64,000 nucleotides of DNA from an uncultured Actinomycetota bacterium (GTDB lineage Bacteria > Actinomycetota > Actinomycetes > JAFAQI01), in NCBI GenBank assembly GCA_963770565.1, contig CAVYQE010000001.1, forward strand, positions 1,024,001 through 1,088,000. Reading direction: 5' to 3'. How positions within the stretch are numbered: position 1 is the first letter of the stretch; each line of letters begins with the position of its first letter. The notes below the pieces were generated by a model that saw only the letters and a list, made by a program, of their open reading frames with translations, was not told the DNA's origin and ran no database searches. Below are positions 59,554 to 64,000 of this stretch, in pieces. A program made the translations under genes and the position numbers.

Positions 59554-60278
59554 TGGCGACCCGGGCCGACGTCTGTTGCGTGGCGCTCGCCGAGTGCTTT
59601 CGCGGCGACGGCGAGATCGTCGCCAACCCGATCGGCACCCTTCCGCGCCTCGGCGGCCTGCTGGCCCGGCGCTCGTTCGAGCCTGACCTGGTGATGACCG
59701 ACGGCGAGGCGATGTTCACCGGACCGACCGGCCTGGTCGAGGCGTGGAACCCGTATCGCTCGATGTTCGAGGTCGTGTGGTCCGGCCGGCGGCACGTGAT
59801 CATGGGCGGCTCGCAACTCGACCCGCACGGCAATCACAACTTCGCCGCGATCGGCAACATGAAGCGACCGAAGGCTCAGTTACTCGGCTTCCGCGGGGCG
59901 CCTGGCAACACCGTCAACAACGTCACGTCGTACTGGGTGCCGAACCATGGTCCGCGAGTGTTCGTCGAGCAGGTCGACGTCGTCACTGGCGTCGGCTACG
60001 ACCGGGCGGCGGCGGCCGGTCCAGCGGCGTCGAGGTTCCACGAGCTGCGCAACGTCGTGACGAACCTCGCGGTCCTCGACTTCGACACCCCGGATCGGCG
60101 GATGCGGCTGAAGTCCGTGCATCCCGGCGTCGGTGTCGACGACGTCGTGGCCGCGACCGGCTTCGAGCTGGTGGTCCCGGCCGAGGTCGGTGAGTCGAGG
60201 CTGCCCACCGATGACGAGCTCTTGCTGATCGCCGAGCTCGACCCCGATGGCACCCGCTTTCAAGAAGTGCCGGCGTGA
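59553..60278 (+). CDS. ipdB: CoA-transferase-like subunit B
   Basis: TRADVC, FRGDGEI, TDGEA, GRRHVIMG, RGAPGNTVN, SVHPGV. Confidence 0.82.
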   Translation: MATRADVCCVALAECFRGDGEIVANPIGTLPRLGGLLARRSFEPDLVMTDGEAMFTGPTGLVEAWNPYRSMFEVVWSGRRHVIMGGSQLDPHGNHNFAAIGNMKRPKAQLLGFRGAPGNTVNNVTSYWVPNHGPRVFVEQVDVVTGVGYDRAAAAGPAASRFHELRNVVTNLAVLDFDTPDRRMRLKSVHPGVGVDDVVAATGFELVVPAEVGESRLPTDDELLLIAELDPDGTRFQEVPA

Positions 60279-61338
60279 GCCATCCGGCGCTGTCCACCCG
60301 GTTCACCGAGCTCGTCGGTGTGCGCTATCCGATCGTGCAGACCGGGATGGGCTGGGTCTCGACGCCGCAACTCGTGGCGGCGACCGCGGCGGCCGGCGGG
60401 CTCGGCATCCTGGCCGCGGCGACGATGTCGTACGACGAGTTGGTCGCCGCAGTCGCGGAGGTCAAGCGCCGTACGCCGGAGCCGTTCGGGGTGAACCTCC
60501 GGGCGGACCAGCCCGATGTGCGCGAGCGGATCGACGTGTTGGTGGAGCAAGGGTGTGCGGCTGGCGTCGTTCGCGATGGCGCCGAAGCCGGACTTGATCG
60601 CGCGGTTGCGGCACGGTGGCGTCCTGGTGATGCCGTCGATCGGCGCGAAACGTCACGCCGAGAAGGTCGCCGCGTGGGGGGTCGACGCCGTACTCGTGCA
60701 GGGCGGCGAGGGTGGCGGGCACACCGGATCGGTGCCGACCTCGCTGTTGCTGCCGCAGGTCGTCGACGTGGTGGGGGACGACCTGCCGGTCGTCGCGGCC
60801 GGCGGGTATTTCGACGGCCGTGGCCTGGTCGCTGCGCTTGCCTACGGTGCCAGCGCGATCGCGATGGGCACCCGCTTCCTGCTGACCGGCGACTCGCCGG
60901 TGCCGCAGTCGGTCAAGGAGCTGTATCTGTCGAAGACCGTGACTGAGACGGTGGTGACCGATCAGGTCGACGGCGTGCCGCACCGGGTCCTGCGCAGCCC
61001 GCTGGTGGAGCAGCTCGAAGGCACGTCGTCGGTGCGCCGGGTCGGCGGCGCGGTGCGCAACGCGATGCGGTTCCGCAGGAGAGCGGCGCGTCGTGGCGCG
61101 ACCTGCTCCGCGAGGGCCGGGCGATGCGCAAGGACGCAGGAGCTGTCGTGGAGCCAGGTCGTGATGGCCGGCAACACGCCGATCATGCTGCGCGCCGCGA
61201 TGGTCGACGGCCGGGTCGATCTCGGGGTGATGGCGAGCGGACAGGTGGTCGGCATGATCGACGACCTGCCGAGCTGCGCCGAGCTGATCGAGCGGATCGA
61301 TCGCCCAGGCCGAGGACGTCCTCGACCGCCTCGCCTGA
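60275..61338 (+). CDS. ipdC: Nitronate monooxygenase family flavoprotein (IpdC-like), several apparent frameshifts (~60550, ~61080-61130, ~61298)
   Basis: PIVQTGMGWV, PFGVNLRAD; QGGEGGGHTG, AAGGYFDGRG, MGTRFLLT, ASGQVVGMIDDLPSC. Confidence 0.72.
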
Positions 61339-61401
61339 GCGCGGCGCACGCGGGCCGATCGAGCACTTCATCCGGCTGCTCGGGATGCCGATCAAGAGAG
61401 T

Positions 61402-61770
61402 GTGCGTACCTCGTGGCTCGCGGCCGGTGCGGTCGCGTCCTTGATCCTTCTCGCCGGCTGCGGCGGTGGCGCGAGCAAGCTCGTGCCCGGGCAGTCGGAC
61501 GCCGCGGCCGCCTGCCAGTCCAGCGGCGCTCACGCGGCAGCGCTCGCGACCCACGCCGCCGCGGTGAACCCGCGCTACGCGGTCCTGGCCGGTGACGAGG
61601 GCGCCCTCGCGGCGAACGAGGCCAACCAGGAGGGCGAGCTCTCGGACGGCACCAGCGCGGACGACAACGGTCTCGGTGCCCTCGCCGGTGCGAGCGCGGT
61701 CGGCTCGAGCGCCGACAACAACGTGATCAGAGACTGCATGGCACTCGGCCTGTCCGTCACCCACCACTGA
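61402..61770 (+). CDS. Putative lipoprotein
   Basis: LLAGC lipobox after a hydrophobic segment. Confidence 0.55.
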   Translation: MRTSWLAAGAVASLILLAGCGGGASKLVPGQSDAAAACQSSGAHAAALATHAAAVNPRYAVLAGDEGALAANEANQEGELSDGTSADDNGLGALAGASAVGSSADNNVIRDCMALGLSVTHH

Positions 61771-61804
61771 GCCGCGCCATCGTCACTGCCCGGGTCTCGG
61801 TGAC

Positions 61805-62741
61805 CTAGGTCTGCATGAGGTCGGGGCGCAGCGCCTCGACCATCCGCCGGAAGCCGTCGCGCCAGTGCACGGTCGAGCGACCGACCAGCTCGTGCATCCG
61901 GTCGAGGTCGAGAGCGACGCTCGCGAGCGACTGCTCGGACGTGACCAGCTTCGGCTCGAGTCCGGTCAGCTCGCCGAGGTACGCCGTCCACTCCTCGATG
62001 CTGGCCTTCTCCTCGCCGCCCCAGTTGACGGTCGTCGCCGGCACGCCGGCGACCGCGAGCAGCTTCGGCACCATCGCGACGATGTCGTCGGAGTGGATCG
62101 GCTGGAAGATGCTCGGCGCGTCCGGATGGACGCCGATCTCGTCGCCGGCCTCCATCTGGGCCAGGTGAAACGCCGGCCAGCCGCCGCCGTCGCCGTACGG
62201 CACGTTGAGCCGCGCGATCGTCGTCGGCAGGTCGTAGCGCCGGGCGCCGTGCCGCGCGGTGGCTTCAGCCGCGATCTTCGAGATCGAGTACGTCGGCAGG
62301 TAGTAGTTGCGATGGCTGTCGCCCAGCGGCGAGTCCTCGCTGAACTCCACGTGATCGTTCGGTTGGTAGACCGCGGTCGTCGAGCAGTGCATGAAGGCCC
62401 GCGCGTTCTGGTAGCGCTCCATCAGGTAGGCGAGGCCGCTGACGTTGCCGTCGAGGTCGACCGACCACTTCCCGCTCTTGACCACCGCGAAATGCACGAC
62501 GTAGTCGACCTCGTCGGGCAGGTCGTCGAGGTCGGCCCGGACCAGGTCGAGCCGCACGGTCCGTACGCCGCCGTCGTGCAGCGGCTCACGCGCGGCCGGG
62601 TCGCGGAACCGCGCCGCGCCGAAGACCTCGTTGTCGACGGGCGAGCGACAGTGCCACCGGCTTCGCGACCTCGCTGGTGACGCCGGTGACCAGGATGCGC
62701 GCACCCGAGATCGCTGCGGTCGCGTCCTCCGGCGCGGTCAT
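61805..62741 (-). CDS. NAD-dependent epimerase/dehydratase, apparent frameshift near 62640
   Basis: ILVTGVTSEVAKPVA in one frame; NEVFGAARF…YSISKIAAE…ARLNVPYG in the next. Confidence 0.78.
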
Positions 62742-63845
62742 GGCGCCACCGAGCCGAGATCGGCAAACCCGCTCGGCGCGTGCCGCCCGATCGTGCCGTG
62801 CTCGAACAGTCCCCAGCCGACGTCGCCGTTGCAGCTGGCCCGTCCGACGTGATCGACGACGCCCCACGCCGATCGCGCGTCGACTGCCGGGTCGTCGAAG
62901 TCGTACGTGGCGCTGTCGAGCCAGTCGCGACCCCGCCACTGACCGTGTCCCCACTCGGGATCCCCGCCGTAGCCGCAGCCCACGTGCAGCGGCACCGGGG
63001 CGAGCGTGTCGACCTCGAGGACGAGGGGCGAGCCGTCGGGTTCGGTGAGCTCGATCCGGGCGTGCTCGGGATGCCGGCTGCCCGAGCGGTAGGTGATCCG
63101 CACCCGCGGCCAGCCGAGCTGCTCGATCGTCCCGTCCGGGCGGATGCGCACCGCGTCGTTCAGGGTGCGGTGGCCGCTGCCGTCCTCCTGCGCGATCAGC
63201 ACGATCGCGTAGTCGTCGAAGCGGATCGGCACGTACAGCCACCAGAAGCCGAAGTCGTTCGGGTCGTCGGCCGGCCGCCCGGCCGGGTCGGCCTCGCCGA
63301 CCGGTCGGATGCCCCACGAGCGGTCCCGCGATCCGACCCAGCGGTCGGGCGACACCTCGAAGGTCTCGCCGGCCACTCGCAGCTCGACCGGACCAGGTGC
63401 CCAGCTGGGCGAAGCGCCAGGTGTCGAGGATCGGCCGGATGCCGGTGCGCAGCAGGTGGCGCTCCTCGTCGATCGCGGCGAACGATCCTTCCCAGGTCAG
63501 GTCGAAGCCGATCCCGGCCTCGTCGGCGTCGAGCACCAGGTGGATCCGTTGCAGCGGTTCGAGCACCTCGATCCGGTACGGTCCGACCGCGAGGTTGAGG
63601 CGCTCGTCGTCGAGCGCGTCGGAGCACCGCACGACGTGTTGCAGGTTGCCGCGCCGCACTACCGCGTACGCGTCCTTCACCCCGAGCTGCGGGTAGATGC
63701 CGGCGCCGGTGACGAGGAAGATCTCGCCGGTCCGGTCGTGGGCGTTGAAGTAGCACCGGTCGTAGAAGTTCCGGTCGCTGCTCGCGACGTACCGCATCGA
63801 CAGCGGCGCCTGGTGCAGCGGGTATTCGTCGAGTGCTACGGGCAT
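62738..63845 (-). CDS. Conserved hypothetical protein (Rv3169-like), apparent frameshift near 63390
   Basis: LDEYPLHQ…SSDRNFYDRCYFNAHDRTG; GSRDRSWGIRPVGE…GLFEHGTIGRHAPSGF. Confidence 0.75.
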
Positions 63846-63856
63846 GTGGCGACCTT

Positions 63857-64000
63857 TCAGATCCCATCCAGATCGGCGAGCAACGACTCCAGGTGCGGCC
63901 GGTTGTGCAGCAGGTCCTCGGGGTTCGCCGGCATCTCCCGTTCGCCGAAGTGCGCCTGCCGCTGACCGGTCCGCAGGAACACGATGCCCCACTGCACCGC
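63857..64000 (-). CDS. Phosphotransferase (Rv3168/APH-like), 3' end only
   Basis: AVQWGIVFLRTGQRQAHFGEREMP…; sits upstream of the Rv3169-like gene. Confidence 0.6.
   Translation of the reverse strand, partial: AVQWGIVFLRTGQRQAHFGEREMPANPEDLLHNRPHLESLLADLDGI

Overview
High-GC actinobacterial chromosomal window. The gene order pncB-clpS-DUF2017-mec-cysO-cysM-murI-rph-rdgB-tRNA-Leu-bcp, LCP proteins and steroid-catabolism genes points to a soil Actinomycetia. The standout is a compact divergent cluster at about 7.5-13.8 kb. Leftward it encodes a DUF2063-like partner, a DUF692 (MNIO) enzyme and an acyl-CoA-dehydrogenase-fold flavoprotein. Rightward it encodes a predicted Tat-exported protein (two IPT/TIG-like repeats, a (Pro-Thr)17 stalk and a 34-aa tail with 7 Cys and three C-N-S motifs), a sulfotransferase-SCP2 fusion, a JmjC oxygenase and possibly a P450. 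This looks like an undescribed RiPP-like protein-modification system. Other notable signals: a DUF222-HNH gene with both PafBC and LexA boxes; a short-variable-arm tRNA-Leu(UAG); a KstR box; and a recurrent TCTGAC-N5-GTCAGA palindrome at steroid C/D-ring (echA20-ipdAB-ipdC) genes where a KstR2 box would be expected. Eight otherwise intact genes carry frameshifts, most likely long-read sequencing errors. All family calls come from recognising motifs by eye; no database searches were run.
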